Assembly: GCA_039588075.1 (NCBI GenBank)
Contig: JBDHAL010000001.1
Location: 7,027 to 71,026, forward strand
Direction of reading: 5' to 3'
Source: Gemmatimonadota bacterium
GTDB taxonomy: Bacteria > Gemmatimonadota > Gemmatimonadetes > Palauibacterales > KS3-K002
Length of the DNA stretch: 64,000 bases
Numbering within the stretch: the first letter of the stretch is position 1; every line of letters starts with the position of its first letter. The notes below the pieces were generated by a model that was not told the DNA's origin, did no database searches, and worked only from the letters and a program-made list of their open reading frames with translations. Below are positions 17,128 through 27,291 of this stretch, piece after piece. Both the position numbers and the translations under genes were made by a program.

Positions 17128-20100
17128 ATGAACATCACCCGCGCTGCAATCGAGAAGAATCGCATCACGCTGGTCGCCCTTGTCGTCATCCTGTTCTCCG
17201 GCCTCGCCGCCTTTGCCAACATGTCCCGGTCCGAGGATCCGGGCTTCGTCGTGAGAACCGCCCAGGTGATGACCATTTTCCCCGGCGCCAGCCCTTCCCG
17301 CGTCGAGATGCTGGTCACCGACAAGCTGGAGAAGACGATCCAGGAGATGCCGGAGCTCGACTTCGTCGTTAGCGAATCGAAGGGCGGCGTCTCTGTGATC
17401 TACGTCAACATCAAGCAGAGCTACAAAAAGATGCGGCCGATCTGGGACGACCTGAGGCGCAAAATCGACCGCGCCGCGTCGGATCTCCCCGACGGCGTCA
17501 TCGGGCCCGTTGTAAACGACGACTTCGGTGATGTCTTCGGCACCGTCATCGCCCTCACCGGCGAAGGTTTCTCGTACGCCGAGCTCAAGGACATCGCCGA
17601 CCAGGTGCGCGACGAACTGCTGCTCATCGACGAGGTCGCCAAAGTCGACATCTACGGGGCGCAGGAAGAACGCCTCTTCGTCGAGTACAACAACGCGCGC
17701 CTCGCCGAGCTCGGCCTCTCACCCATCAGGCTGGGCCAGATCCTCGAGAGCCGCAACATCGTGCTCCCGGGCGGCGCGGTCACCGCCGGCGCCGAGCGCA
17801 TCGCCCTGGAACCATCGGGCAACTTCGAGACCCTGGACGATCTTCGCCGCACGGTGATCAGCCTCCCGGGAAGCGGCGAGGTCGTGTACCTGGAAGATAT
17901 CGCGGCCATCCACCGCGGTTACATCGATCCACCCGAGAACAGTGTCACCGCTACCGGCGTTCGCGCCCTCGCCCTGGCGGTCTCGCTTCGCGAGGGCGGA
18001 AACATCATCGAGCTCGGCCGAGCGGTCAGGGCCAGCGTAGCGCGCCTGCAAACGGTTTACCCCATCGGCATCGAGTTCAATATCGTGGCCTTCCAGCCGG
18101 ACGAGGTGAACCGAAGCGTCAACGACTTCGTGAACAATCTCCGGCAGGCCATTTTCGTCGTTGTCTTCGTGATGCTCCTCTTCCTCGGCCTGCGCACTGG
18201 CCTGGTGGTGGCGAGCCTCATCCCGATGGCGATCGTCATGGCTTTTCTGGTCATGTCGTTCTTCGGAATCGGGCTCAACATCGTATCGCTGGCCGCACTG
18301 ATCATCGCGCTCGGCCTGCTGGTGGACAACGCCATAGTGATGGTGGAATCCATCATGGTGCAGATGGCGGAGGGCAAACCGGCGAAGCAGGCCGCCATCG
18401 ATTCGGCAGGAGAACTTCGCGCTCCGCTGCTCATCTCGTCGGCCACCACGGCCGCCGCCTTCTTGCCCTTCTATCTCGCCGAGTCCGATACCGGCGAGTA
18501 CGTCGCGCCGCTCTTCTACGTGGTCACCATCACCCTGCTCTGTTCCTGGATCCTCGCGCTCACGATGATCCCGCTGCTCGCCGTGAGGTTCGCGAAGGCG
18601 AAGGCGAAGGCGGACGCCGGACGAGACAGCTACGATAACAGGTTCTACGCTGCGTATCGCAACGCGCTGCTCTTCGGACTCAGGCATCGGCTCCTCACCG
18701 TGGGCGGGGCGCTCGCTTGTTTCGTTCTGGCAATCGTCGGCCTGGGGTTCGTGCCCCAAATCTTCTTCCCGTCCACCGACAAAGCTTTCTTCAAAGCCGA
18801 GTTCGAGATGCCGATCGGAACGTCGATCGAGCGGACCCAAGAAGTCATCGCGGGGATAGAGGATTTTCTGACTCGAGAGTTGCTTGTAGGACCCGACCGG
18901 CCGGAAGGCGTCACGAGTTGGGCCTCGTTTGTTGGGCAAGGAGGACCGCGGTTCATGCTCAGTTACAACCCGGAGCCGCCCAGTCCCAACTATTCGTTCC
19001 TGCTCATCAACACCAGTTCCTACGAGCCGATCAATCAGTACGCCGCCAGGATCGATTCCTTCACGTTCGAGACGTACCCCGACCTCGAGTCTACCACGAG
19101 GCGTCTGGATTACGGGCCGCCCGTCGAGGCGCCCGTTCAGGTTCGGGTCCTCGGCCGCGACCCCGACGTCCTCTTCACCATCGTCGACCAGCTCAAGGAG
19201 CAACTTCGCGCCACTCCCGGTACCCGCAACGTCACCGACGACTGGGGTCGGCGCGTCAAGAAGCTAAACGTGAGGGTCAACCAGCCGCGGGCTCGTCGGG
19301 CCGGCGTGACCAGCCAGGACATCGCCCTGTCGCTGCAGGCCGGACTCAGTGGCTTCGAGATGAGCGAGTTTCGCGAGCAGGAAGAGCTCATACCCATGTC
19401 GGCAAGCTCGAGAGCCTCAACGTCTTCGCGCAGGCGACCGGACAATCGGTGCCGCTGAAGCAGGTCGCCGATGTCGAGGTCAGCTGGGAGGCGGCGAAGA
19501 TCCTCCGCCGGGACAGGCTGAGGACGGTGACGGTGGGTTCACAGCTGCAGCCGGGCTATACCGCCTTCGAGGTGATCGGGGTTCTCACGCCATGGTTGGA
19601 ACAGGAAAGCACCGGCTGGGACGTCGGCTATCGCTACGAAGTGGGCGGAGAGGTAGAGACGTCCGGCGAGGCGAACCAGTCGATCGCCGATAAGCTGCCC
19701 CTTGCGACGTTGATCATCATTATGCTGCTCGTGATCCAGTTCAATTCGATTCGCCGCCCGGCGATCATATTGATGACGATCCCGCTCGGCATGATCGGCG
19801 TATCGATCGGGCTGCTCGCCGCGCGATCGTACTTTGGCTTCATGACGCTGCTGGGGATCATCGCGCTGGCCGGCATCGTCATCAACAACGCCATCGTTCT
19901 GATCGACCGGATAAGGATCGAGATAGAGACGAACGGTCTCGAGCCAAGACGTGCCATCGTCGAGGCCGCGCAAAGGCGGCTACGGCCCATTCTGCTCACC
20001 ACCGCCACGACCATCTGCGGATTGCTACCGCTTTGGCTGGGCGGCGGTCCCATGTGGGAGCCGATGGCTATCTCGATCATCTTCGGCCTGCTGTTCGCGA

Positions 20101-20198
20101 CGGTCCTCACCCTGGGGCTCGTGCCGGTCCTGTACTCGTTGCTGTTCCGCGTTAGCTTCAGGGGGTTCAGCTACGATACACACACGGCAAGATCATGA
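17128..20198 (+). CDS. RND efflux permease (AcrB/HAE1 family), interrupted by an apparent frameshift near 19395
   Basis: The N-terminal roughly 760 aa are in frame 1 (17128-19458). The C-terminal roughly 265 aa continue in another frame (ending FRVSFRGF, stop at 20198). The combined length of about 1020 aa is typical of AcrB. Confidence 0.8.
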
Positions 20199-21910
20199 GC
20201 GATACGAGGGCCATCCAGGAGCCGACCTCTCTGACCAGCGCAACCGGCGGATCCTTCGAACAGGAATTGCGGGATCTGCTCCGGCAGAGGACGCGGCTGA
20301 TGCTCACCGTCGTCCTGGTGGTTGCAGTCGTTGCCCAGGCGGTCAACGCCTTCCTGGTCGCGGTGCCGTCAGCCATCCAGACCGGCCTGGTGCCGTGGAA
20401 GGAAGAGCTCCGCCTGTTGCACATCGTCTCGCTCGCCGTGGCGCTGCTGCTCACCTACTCGCTCAAGGGGAAGGCCCGCCAGTTTCAGCTGTTAGCCTTC
20501 TGGGTCGTAGCGTTCAACATGGTCCTCGCGATGGCCGTCCTCGCCTCGGACAGTCCGGCCGAAGAACCGTACCTGGTTTGTGCGCTGACGCTCTTCCTCT
20601 ACGCGGCGTTCATCCCGTCTCCGGCCCGCTACCCAATCATCCTGGCGCTGGTGGCCGTGGCCGGCTTCGATCTCTCGGCCGTCCTTACTTATGCCTATGT
20701 CCCGGAGGCTCAGGGCTACTGGGCGGAAATCGGTGCGGTGACCGAACTCAGCGGCCTGGCTGCACTGGGGAACCACCTGATCCTCGGGACCACGGGGGTA
20801 GCGATACTCGGCTTCGTGGCTCACGCGGTTAGCCGGACGCTGTACTCCCTGCGGCAAACGGCGCACAAAGCGCAGAGGATGGGCAACTACTTCATCGAGC
20901 AGGAATTGGGCGCCGGCGGGATGGGGCAGGTGTACCGCGCCAGGCACGCGCTGATTCGCCGGCCCACCGCCGTCAAGGTGATGCAGGTGGCAGGAGAGGA
21001 GCAACAGGCGGCGATCAAGCGATTTGAACGAGAAGTGCAGGTGTCGGCGACGCTGTCGCATCCCAACACCATCACGATCTACGACTTCGGGCACACGCCG
21101 GACAACAAGTTCTACTACGTGATGGAATACTTGGACGGACTGGATCTCCAGGAGGCAGTAGAGCGATTCGGACCACTGACGGCCGAACGCGCCGTGTTCA
21201 TCCTGGCGCAGGTCTGCAGCGCCATGGGCGAAGCTCACGCGCGCTCCATCGTGCACCGCGACATCAAGCCGTCGAATATCTACCTGACCCATCGCGGTGG
21301 CCTGTACGATTTCGTCAAAGTCCTCGACTTCGGGCTGGCCAAGCAGCTCGAGGTACAGGAGAGCGTGGCGCTGACCAAGACCGGCGTCGCCGTCGGCACG
21401 CCGCGTTACATCTCGCCCGAAGCGATCAAGGGCGCCGAGAATATCGATGGGCGCTCCGACCTGTACTGCCTCGGCGCGGTAGCCTACTGGATGATTACCG
21501 GGCGACCGGTCTTCGATTCGTCATCCAGCGTCGAGTTGATGATCGACCATATGAGGGCCATCCCCAGCCCGCCTTCGCAGGTGACGGAGCTGTCGATCCC
21601 GCGCGATCTGGAAATCATCGTCATGCAGTGCCTGTCCAAGGATCCGAATGACCGCTTCCAAACCGCGGAGGAGATGGAGCTCGCCCTCCGCGCCATCCAC
21701 TTCGAGGAACCCTGGACCCAGCAGAAGGCACGCGAGTGGTGGGATCTCCACGGACTGGTCAGCGAGACTCCGCCTGACCTGCCACGCCCCAAGCAGAACG
21801 AGACCGATCTGCTCAGCCCCGGGATCTCCCAGCCTCTCCTAAACTCGTTTCTCGTTTCTCACTGTCGTTGTCATTGTCGTTGCCGTTGTCGTTATCGACA
21901 ACGACAGTGA
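20195..21910 (+). CDS. membrane-anchored Ser/Thr protein kinase (N-terminal about 6-TM domain plus Hanks kinase)
   Basis: GAGGMGQVY, AVKVM, HRDIKPSN, DFG and SPE motifs. The C-terminal residues CRCHCRCRCRYRQRQ are encoded by the palindromic repeat. Confidence 0.85.
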   Translation: MSDTRAIQEPTSLTSATGGSFEQELRDLLRQRTRLMLTVVLVVAVVAQAVNAFLVAVPSAIQTGLVPWKEELRLLHIVSLAVALLLTYSLKGKARQFQLLAFWVVAFNMVLAMAVLASDSPAEEPYLVCALTLFLYAAFIPSPARYPIILALVAVAGFDLSAVLTYAYVPEAQGYWAEIGAVTELSGLAALGNHLILGTTGVAILGFVAHAVSRTLYSLRQTAHKAQRMGNYFIEQELGAGGMGQVYRARHALIRRPTAVKVMQVAGEEQQAAIKRFEREVQVSATLSHPNTITIYDFGHTPDNKFYYVMEYLDGLDLQEAVERFGPLTAERAVFILAQVCSAMGEAHARSIVHRDIKPSNIYLTHRGGLYDFVKVLDFGLAKQLEVQESVALTKTGVAVGTPRYISPEAIKGAENIDGRSDLYCLGAVAYWMITGRPVFDSSSSVELMIDHMRAIPSPPSQVTELSIPRDLEIIVMQCLSKDPNDRFQTAEEMELALRAIHFEEPWTQQKAREWWDLHGLVSETPPDLPRPKQNETDLLSPGISQPLLNSFLVSHCRCHCRCRCRYRQRQ

Positions 21911-21948
21911 CAACGACAGTGAGAAACGAGAAGCGAGGGGGAGCGCCC
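21845..21948. repeat. palindromic (GTCGTT)n/(AACGAC)n-GAGAAACGAGAAGCGAG element, copy 2, between the tandem kinases
   Basis: ctcgtttctcgtttctcactgtcgttgtcattgtcgttgccgttgtcgttatcgacaacgacagtgacaacgacagtgagaaacgagaagcgag. Confidence 0.6.
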
Positions 21949-21982
21949 GCGGTAGACCGCCCGCCGGCCAACAGCTAACATT

Positions 21983-23638
21983 ATGGCTATGCCAGAGCAC
22001 GTGCCTACCGTCGAGCGGGCGATATCCGGGCCCTTCTCAACCACGGCCTCGTTCGAGGATGAGCAGCTTGAGCTGCTGTGGGAACGCTGCCGCCTGCTGT
22101 TCGTTACCGGGCTGGCTATCTGCGGTATCGCCTTCGTAGTGAATTTGCTGATCCCCGAATACAAGCTGTATCTCGAGAGCCCGCTGCTTCGCTTCAAGTG
22201 GGCGACCAGCGCGGCGGCCCACGCCGCTTCGTTCCTCGTTGCGCTGGGGCTGCTCTATCTGTTCTGCAGGCGCAGTCCTAAGTACCTGCACGCCATCGCC
22301 TATGCCACGATGGCATTCAACATCGTTCTGCTCACATCCGGTCACGTGGCATTTCAGCCCGATAAAGATCCCGGCCTCGGCGTCTCGTTGTTGCTGTTTC
22401 TCGCCGCGGCGTTCATTCCCTGGCGACCCAGCTATCAGTGGGCGCTGGCAGCGATGGCAGCCATCTGGTTCCTGCTGTTGCAGGGCTTGCTACAGGCGAC
22501 GCTATCCGAGTTTCAGCTTTTCTGGGCCCAACGCGGTGGCGCAGAGGCGGCGCGCGCCAATGTCATCTGGGGTGTCACCGCCATCGCGATGCTGGGCGGT
22601 GCCTCGGCAATGGTGAGCCATACGCTGTACAACCTGAAGAAGACGGCCCACCGGGCGAAGCGGCTGGGCAAGTACCTGATCCACGGAGAGATCGGTGAAG
22701 GCGGCATGGGCCAGGTATACTTCGCCCAACATTCATTGATCTGCCGGCCGACGGCCGTCAAAGTCATGCGACCGTCGGAGGACGGGCGAACGGCGCTGGC
22801 GCGGTTCGAGCGAGAGATCCGCGTCTCGGCAACGCTCACGCACCCGAACACGATAACGATCTACGACGTCGGCTGGACGCCGGAACGAAGCCTGTATTAC
22901 GCGATGGAGTACCTGGAGGGTTTGGACCTGCAGCAGCTGGTGGAGAAATACGGGCCACTATCTCCGGAGCGCGTCGTCCATATCCTGAAGCAGGCCGCGG
23001 GCTCGCTCGAGGAAGCGCATTCCCGAAACATCATCCACCGCGATATCAAGCCGTCCAACATCTTCCTGACGCGTCGCGGCGGCATCTACGATTTCGTGAA
23101 GGTTCTCGACTTCGGGCTCGCCAAGCAAATCAAGTCGGACACGGCCAGCGCAATCACGAAGACGGGCATGCTGTTCGGGACACCGCGCTACCTGGCGCCC
23201 GAAACCGTCTATGGAACCGAGAAGATAGATGGACGAGCCGACCTCTACTGCCTCGGCGGCGTGGCGTATTGGATGCTCACCGCGCGACCCGTGTTCACTT
23301 CTGAGACGAGCGTCGAGGTCGTCATCGATCACGTCAAGACGATACCGGATCGACCGTCCGAGGTTTCCGAGGTTTCGATCCCTGCGGAGCTGGAAGACAT
23401 CGTGATGAGATGCCTGGAGAAGAAGCCGTCCGACCGCTATCAGACGGCCCGCGATCTCGAGTCCGCGCTGGATGCCGTTCCCTTCTCGGATTCGTGGAAC
23501 CGGTCGAAGGCGGAGGATTGGTGGAACCTGCACGGCATCATCGGCGACGGCGCTCGCGACTACGATTGCTACTTCCCGGGAAGTGATTTCGAGGCTGAAG
23601 AAGAAGTTCCCCTCGGCACCGCTGAACCCGCTGCATAG
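21983..23638 (+). CDS. membrane-anchored Ser/Thr protein kinase, tandem paralog of 20195-21910
   Basis: Same architecture as the upstream kinase. The kinase-domain blocks align closely (HPNTITIYD, YDFVKVLDFGLAKQ). Confidence 0.85.
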   Translation: MAMPEHVPTVERAISGPFSTTASFEDEQLELLWERCRLLFVTGLAICGIAFVVNLLIPEYKLYLESPLLRFKWATSAAAHAASFLVALGLLYLFCRRSPKYLHAIAYATMAFNIVLLTSGHVAFQPDKDPGLGVSLLLFLAAAFIPWRPSYQWALAAMAAIWFLLLQGLLQATLSEFQLFWAQRGGAEAARANVIWGVTAIAMLGGASAMVSHTLYNLKKTAHRAKRLGKYLIHGEIGEGGMGQVYFAQHSLICRPTAVKVMRPSEDGRTALARFEREIRVSATLTHPNTITIYDVGWTPERSLYYAMEYLEGLDLQQLVEKYGPLSPERVVHILKQAAGSLEEAHSRNIIHRDIKPSNIFLTRRGGIYDFVKVLDFGLAKQIKSDTASAITKTGMLFGTPRYLAPETVYGTEKIDGRADLYCLGGVAYWMLTARPVFTSETSVEVVIDHVKTIPDRPSEVSEVSIPAELEDIVMRCLEKKPSDRYQTARDLESALDAVPFSDSWNRSKAEDWWNLHGIIGDGARDYDCYFPGSDFEAEEEVPLGTAEPAA

Positions 23639-23707
23639 AAGCCGGCCGCTCCGCACGAACCCGAGAACCGCCCCCATCGAGCGGGGCGCAGAGAACTGCT
23701 ACGTCGC

Positions 23708-25978
23708 ATGAAGCTGTCACAGCGCATCGAGGAGTGGCTGAACATCCGCCCCAACGAGGTGAGGAACGTCGCTCTCTCGTTCGCCGGCGCGTTCCTCGTG
23801 ATCAGCTTCCTCATCCTCGCCCGCGCGCTGCGGGAGGCACTCTACCTCACCATCTTCGACATCGAGACGCTACCCTACATGATGGCGGCGGTGGCCATTC
23901 TCAGCATACCGACGGTGGCAGTCTTCGCGCGGCTGCTGGCACGCTACTCTCCCAAGAACGTCTTGCTGGCCCTCGTCCTCGTGGTGGCAGCGGGCCTGAC
24001 CGTCATCCTCCTTTTGTCATTCGGTTCAGGATCGCAGTTGCAGATCAACATCGGCGTCGTCGGTTTCTACCTGTGGACCGCGTTGGGGACTCTTCTTCTC
24101 ACGTCCGGGTTCTGGGTCCTGACGTCCGAGTACTTTGCCGTTCGCGGTGCCAAGCGCCTGTTCGGATTGATCGGCGCCGGCGGTACGGCAGGCGCCATGG
24201 TGACGGGCAACTCGCTGGTCTGGCTAAAGACTCTTGACGTTTCCTGGCTCATCGCCATCCTCATCGCCATCATCGCCTTCTTCGCCATCAGCCAGCAGTT
24301 CCTGCCCAAGCTCGAAGAAAGCACCGCGGCGGAAGACAAAGGCAGCTCGATGGTCGAGAGCCTGACCCTCGTATGGCGATCCCCACACCTGCGGACGATC
24401 GCCCTGATCGTTTTTGTCGTGGCCATCGCGACGACCCTGCTCGACTACCAGTTCAAGGAGGCGGCGCAGGCGCGGTTCGATACGAGAGAGTCGTTGACGA
24501 GCTTCTTCGGCGCCTTCTACGGCTGGACCGGCGGCATCGCGCTGCTGCTCCAACTCGCGCTCGTCGCCCGGATTCTGGCCGTCGCCGGCGTAGCGTGGGC
24601 ACTCGCCATCGTCCCGCTCACGCTCCTCTTCGGGTCCGTTGGCATGCTCGTGTTGCCCAGCCTCGTGCTCGTCACTGCCGTGCGCGGCGCCGACGCGTCG
24701 CTGCGCAAGTCGCTCTATCGATCGGCGCTGGAAGTCCTCTTCGTGCCGGTCCCAACGCTGGAGCGCCGCAAGACCAAAACGTTCATCGACTCGGTGATCG
24801 ACTCGTTCGGCGAGGGACTGGGGGCCATCGTCATCTTGGTTTGGGTGACTTCGTTTGGATTCCAGTCGCGCTACCTGTCCGTCTTTATCATCGCAGCATC
24901 GATCGCGCTGATCTCTTTTAGCCGACGAATGGGTCGCAGGTACCTCTCCACCGTGGCCGAGCAGCTTCAGCAAAGCGGGACTCGGGAGGACGTGCGCAAG
25001 GCGCGCGTCGAGCTCGACGGTCGCGACCTGCTCAGCGGTACCTTCACCCGGCTCGATATCAGATCGCTCATCCAGGACGGCGAGCAGACGCCGGAGGTCG
25101 ACCGCGCACCGGCTGCGGGCGCGGGACCTCCCGCAAGCCAGGCGGACGCGATCATGGCCGCCCTCGAGTCCACGGACCTGACGACGGTTGCTCGCGCGCT
25201 GGAGGAGACCCCGGCCTGGGACGAGCGTCAGATACCGGTCCTTGTCCGCCTGCTGGCTCGCGATCAGCTGTTCGACCGGGCCGCGCTCGCTCTGCTGACC
25301 GCCGGCGAGGCCGCCGTCCCGCTGCTCACGAAGATGCTCGGCGATGAGAGCACCGACTTCGTCGTCCGACGCCGAATCCCTCGCGTGCTAGGGCGGATGG
25401 GAGGTGAAGAAGCCGACGATGCCCTACTGGACGCGCTCGCCGCGAACCGCTTCGAGGTGCGTTATCGATCGGCGATCGCTTTGGTTCGCCGGCGGCGGCG
25501 CGGGCTGCCCACGTCTCGACGGGAGAAGGAGCCCCTGATCTGGACGGCGGTCCGCGCCGAGGTTGGCCGCGGCCGCCCCGTCTGGGAGATACAGAAACTC
25601 CTCGACGAGGAATCGGAGGCCGACGACCTGGTGGCCGAACGGGTCGGCGCGCGGGGCGAGCTGAGCCTGGAGCACACGTTCCGCCTACTGAGCCTGGTCC
25701 TGGAACCCGAGGTGGTGCGAGCCGCGTTTAATGGTGTCATACTCGATGACGACAAGCTCAAGAACTTCTCGCTGGAATTCTTGGAGCAGGTGCTTCCGGC
25801 AGACGTGCGCAACAAGCTGTGGCCGTTCATAGGGGACATCAGCGAGCGACAGCGCGAAAAATCGTTGAGACCGCTGGGCGACGTGGTTTCCGATCTGATG
25901 ACCACGGGCGCGACGCTGTTCGCCGACGAACAGCACCAGGAGGCCCTGAAACGCATCCTCGAGGAGCAAGAAGACTGA
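23708..25978 (+). CDS. TLC/Npt1-Npt2-type (ATP:ADP antiporter-like) membrane transporter fused to C-terminal HEAT/PBS-lyase repeats
   Basis: About 12 TM helices over the N-terminal roughly 430 aa, followed by HEAT-like repeats (VRRRIPRVLGRMGGEEA..., EVRYRSAIAL). Confidence 0.7.
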   Translation: MKLSQRIEEWLNIRPNEVRNVALSFAGAFLVISFLILARALREALYLTIFDIETLPYMMAAVAILSIPTVAVFARLLARYSPKNVLLALVLVVAAGLTVILLLSFGSGSQLQINIGVVGFYLWTALGTLLLTSGFWVLTSEYFAVRGAKRLFGLIGAGGTAGAMVTGNSLVWLKTLDVSWLIAILIAIIAFFAISQQFLPKLEESTAAEDKGSSMVESLTLVWRSPHLRTIALIVFVVAIATTLLDYQFKEAAQARFDTRESLTSFFGAFYGWTGGIALLLQLALVARILAVAGVAWALAIVPLTLLFGSVGMLVLPSLVLVTAVRGADASLRKSLYRSALEVLFVPVPTLERRKTKTFIDSVIDSFGEGLGAIVILVWVTSFGFQSRYLSVFIIAASIALISFSRRMGRRYLSTVAEQLQQSGTREDVRKARVELDGRDLLSGTFTRLDIRSLIQDGEQTPEVDRAPAAGAGPPASQADAIMAALESTDLTTVARALEETPAWDERQIPVLVRLLARDQLFDRAALALLTAGEAAVPLLTKMLGDESTDFVVRRRIPRVLGRMGGEEADDALLDALAANRFEVRYRSAIALVRRRRRGLPTSRREKEPLIWTAVRAEVGRGRPVWEIQKLLDEESEADDLVAERVGARGELSLEHTFRLLSLVLEPEVVRAAFNGVILDDDKLKNFSLEFLEQVLPADVRNKLWPFIGDISERQREKSLRPLGDVVSDLMTTGATLFADEQHQEALKRILEEQED

Positions 25979-27291
25979 TCACGCGAAAAACCGGCCGGCT
26001 GCTTCTGTGTACTGCGGTCGCTCTATCTAGCGCCTTCGGGTCTCAGCGCACCGCGCGGGCACAAGACGGGAGCAGTGGCGGCCCGGTTTCGCCGGACAGC
26101 GCCCATGCCATCCGCGACACGCTGCAACGGCCACCGGCGACGCCCCCGTTTGATGTGGTCGATGGCGTGGCGCTTCCCTTCCGCATTCTCGTGCTGCCGC
26201 TGCGAGCCGTCGGCTGGGCGCTCGCGGAGGCCGCCGGCCTTCTCGTTACCAAGGACCCGAAGGGCCTTCCGCCGTTCGTTCAGTCGATCATCGATAACGG
26301 TGTTCAACCGGGCCTGGGCACGATCGGACCGCGAAGCGGCGTCGCGGCACGCGTCAGGTACGTAGGGCTCAGCCCGTTCTTCCTGACGGCGGCGTTCTCC
26401 ATTCGGACATCGCAGCGGTACCAGGCGGGTCTGCGCTTCGATAGCCAGGTCGGCCGGTTCCTCGAGGCCAGCTACACGTTTCAGCGCGACGCCGCTCCTC
26501 ACTTTTGGGGCGTGGGTCCGAGTACGTCGAAAGGCGCGGTCACCGACTACCTCTGGGATCACCAACGAGCCTCGGCCCTCTTTGGCACCCGCATCGCGAC
26601 GGTCCGCCTGTTCGTCGACGGCGGCTACGAAGACAATCGGGTCGATCGCAGCAAGGGACGCGAATCTGACCTGCAGGACAACGCGGCCTTCGATTCTCTC
26701 TACGGGGTCAACGAACGCGTGAAGTACGGCATGGGTACGGTTTCCCTGGCCCTGGATTTCACGCGCCAGGTCGATTTCCAGACGGAGGGGATCTTCCTCC
26801 AGCTCGGAACGAGTATTTTCCGCGGCATCGACGCCACCGATTCCGATTTCCACCGTTTCGGCTTGCTGCTTCGAAGCTACATACCTCTGAACGCCAGACA
26901 GATGGTCGCGCTCCAGATCATGGCCTCGGAGAACAAGCCGGACGGCGGACAGGGCGTTCCCTTCTACCACCTGGCCAGGTTGGGAAGCGAAGACGGCACC
27001 CGCTCCTTGAGTCAGGATCGCTACCGCGACCTCGCCATGGCGGCGCTGATGAGCGAGTGGCGCTACGAAGTCTGGCGCGAGCTTCACGGTCGATCCCGCG
27101 TCGAGGCCTTCTTCCTGTTTGATATCGGCGCCGTCCAATCGAGCATCAGCAGGCTCAGCTGGAGCGATAACATCAAGAGCCTTGGCTTCGGTTGGCGCGT
27201 CGTCACTCAGCGCGACGCTATGTTCCTCAGCTATCTGGCCTTTGGGCCGGATGGGCTGCGATTTCGCGTGAAGTTCAGTACGGCGTTTTGA
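25975..27291 (+). CDS. hypothetical outer-membrane/secreted protein (signal peptide, C-terminal aromatic residue)
   Basis: The signal peptide RKTGRLLLCTAVALSSAFGSQRTARAQ begins right at the stop of the upstream gene. The first ATG of the ORF (25819) would overlap the upstream gene by 160 nt, and no canonical start codon lies near 25975. Confidence 0.5.
   Translation: MITRKTGRLLLCTAVALSSAFGSQRTARAQDGSSGGPVSPDSAHAIRDTLQRPPATPPFDVVDGVALPFRILVLPLRAVGWALAEAAGLLVTKDPKGLPPFVQSIIDNGVQPGLGTIGPRSGVAARVRYVGLSPFFLTAAFSIRTSQRYQAGLRFDSQVGRFLEASYTFQRDAAPHFWGVGPSTSKGAVTDYLWDHQRASALFGTRIATVRLFVDGGYEDNRVDRSKGRESDLQDNAAFDSLYGVNERVKYGMGTVSLALDFTRQVDFQTEGIFLQLGTSIFRGIDATDSDFHRFGLLLRSYIPLNARQMVALQIMASENKPDGGQGVPFYHLARLGSEDGTRSLSQDRYRDLAMAALMSEWRYEVWRELHGRSRVEAFFLFDIGAVQSSISRLSWSDNIKSLGFGWRVVTQRDAMFLSYLAFGPDGLRFRVKFSTAF

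Noticed and set aside
17719-19203. 494-aa minus-strand ORF antisense to the RND permease
   Set aside because: Asp/Arg/Glu low-complexity shadow of a gene with clear AcrB homology.
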